Source of the DNA: Dimorphilus gyrociliatus
Taxonomy: Eukaryota > Animalia > Annelida
Length of the DNA: 64,000 nt
Assembly: GCA_904063045.1 (NCBI GenBank)
Contig: CAJFCJ010000003.1
Span: forward strand, 1-64,000
Direction: 5' to 3'
Position numbers and translations under genes: made by a program. The notes below the pieces were generated by a model. The model was not told the DNA's origin, made no database searches, and saw nothing but the letters and a program-made list of their open reading frames with translations. Each line of letters opens with the position of its first letter. The first letter of the stretch is position 1. Shown piece after piece: positions 62,824 through 64,000 of the stretch.

Positions 62824-64000
62824 AAACATTCATCTTTTCTATGGCCAATTATATAATCTATCGTCAAGCCCAAATAATTTTACATAATTTCCTCTTCCAC
62901 GTGAGAATTGTTGAACGATGGCATTAGCAGTAATTCTTCCAACCCATACAATAGTAGTTTGTTGAGAAGAGAAGAGAGATATTCCAAGAAAATGACTAAC
63001 TTTTCAATGGAACGGCATTTTGTTAAGTGAAACATCACGTCTTATTATATAAATGTTGATTAATTCACTTGAATTCAGTTGATAAATGCTAACCTTTGCT
63101 CTTCTACCATAATTTCAGTATCGTTTTGCTGTTCTTCTCGTTCCGTCATTGTAGTCAAATGTGGTAAAATGAATAATAAATTAGGGTGGATTGGAAACGT
63201 AAAATGTTAAATTTTTTTTCCCGAGTTCTGGTGTTGACTATAAAATGTTTTACCATGCGAAATAATCACGATTTTCATTTCCAAGTTGTCATTAACGGCT
63301 CATTAACACATACGAGAAAGTTAATTGCTACTGCAAAGATAGAGAGAAAAAGTTACGGTGTACGTTTCATAAGTTTTAAGACCAGTATCATTTTCACATA
63401 AGTTATATACACTTTATATACTTAGGTGCACAGGAGTTAAGACTAGATATACTACCAGTTGGTGTATCCCTTCCTGCATTGTTCTTTTCTTATTCGTACT
63501 AAAGGATGAAAGTAATAATTGAAATTATTTTGTATTTGAATGGCATATAGTGTAGCCTGGATAATCAAGGAATTACGCTATTATTACAAGTATTATTTAG
63601 TAAGATGGCCGTCGGTTAATCCTATCTTTCTAAAACATTTCCACCAAGAGAAGAGATGATAAATAGTTGACAATAGCTTTTGTTGAAATATATTTACTGT
63701 TATGAGTAGTCATTTGATTGGGTAGGTAAATTTCTGTGGATTGTTATGAAGAGAAGCTCAAGGAGAGAGGATTTTTGATTGATTAATTTTCATAGTCAAC
63801 CTACATTTGCATAACATTATAGTTTCATGGCCAACAGGAATAGTTCCTTGTTTTTCAATAGTGTATCAAGAAAATAAGAGAGAGGGGACACTGTAATATT
63901 GTTTGCATATTCTGCAACTTTATTCAAGATGACATATATAATATAATAATTGATGGGCGTGTGAACAGTTTTTGTTACAACGTTCGTAGGAAAGCCAAAA

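Noticed and set aside
50495-64000. Assigning a host species
   Set aside because: Introns of 59-71 bp and TTAGGG telomeres suggest a compact invertebrate genome, but this cannot be resolved without a database search.

Overview
AT-rich eukaryotic (probably compact-genome bilaterian) subtelomeric DNA. The C-rich telomere strand is the + strand, so the chromosome end lies to the left of position 1. Bases 1-50.5 kb are a stack of telomere-attached Penelope-like retroelement (PLE) material separated by short (CCCTAA/CCTAA)n tracts. It includes two near-identical copies of a large PLE ORF (1-3961 partial; about 30603-35435 intact) built as helical N-terminus, SGNH-like domain, PLE reverse transcriptase and an apparently dead GIY-YIG domain. 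It also includes tandem arrays of hammerhead-ribozyme (HHR) units of 626 bp (about 6.2 copies) and 698 bp (3.6 and about 16 copies), plus three further HHR families. Every HHR family ends at an AAA(C)CCTAA anchor fused to telomeric repeats. The intact RT gene appears to be the core of a 32-36 kb Terminon-like element with an ORF1-like paralogue, an antisense ORF cluster, a repeat-rich divergent control region and an E2F/CCAAT/CHR-like promoter. A 27-bp array of CTCF-like motifs and AT-rich satellites lie on its distal side. My main hypothesis (inference) is that self-cleaving, probably circular HHR RNAs are reverse-transcribed by rolling circle onto the telomeric 3' overhang and also act as adapters for the giant element. 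From 50.5 kb on is ordinary host DNA: three secreted GDPHF/ITIH-C-like genes, a small secreted Cys-rich gene, Tc1 and gypsy remnants and a large pseudogene. All identifications are by eye; no searches or folding programs were run.
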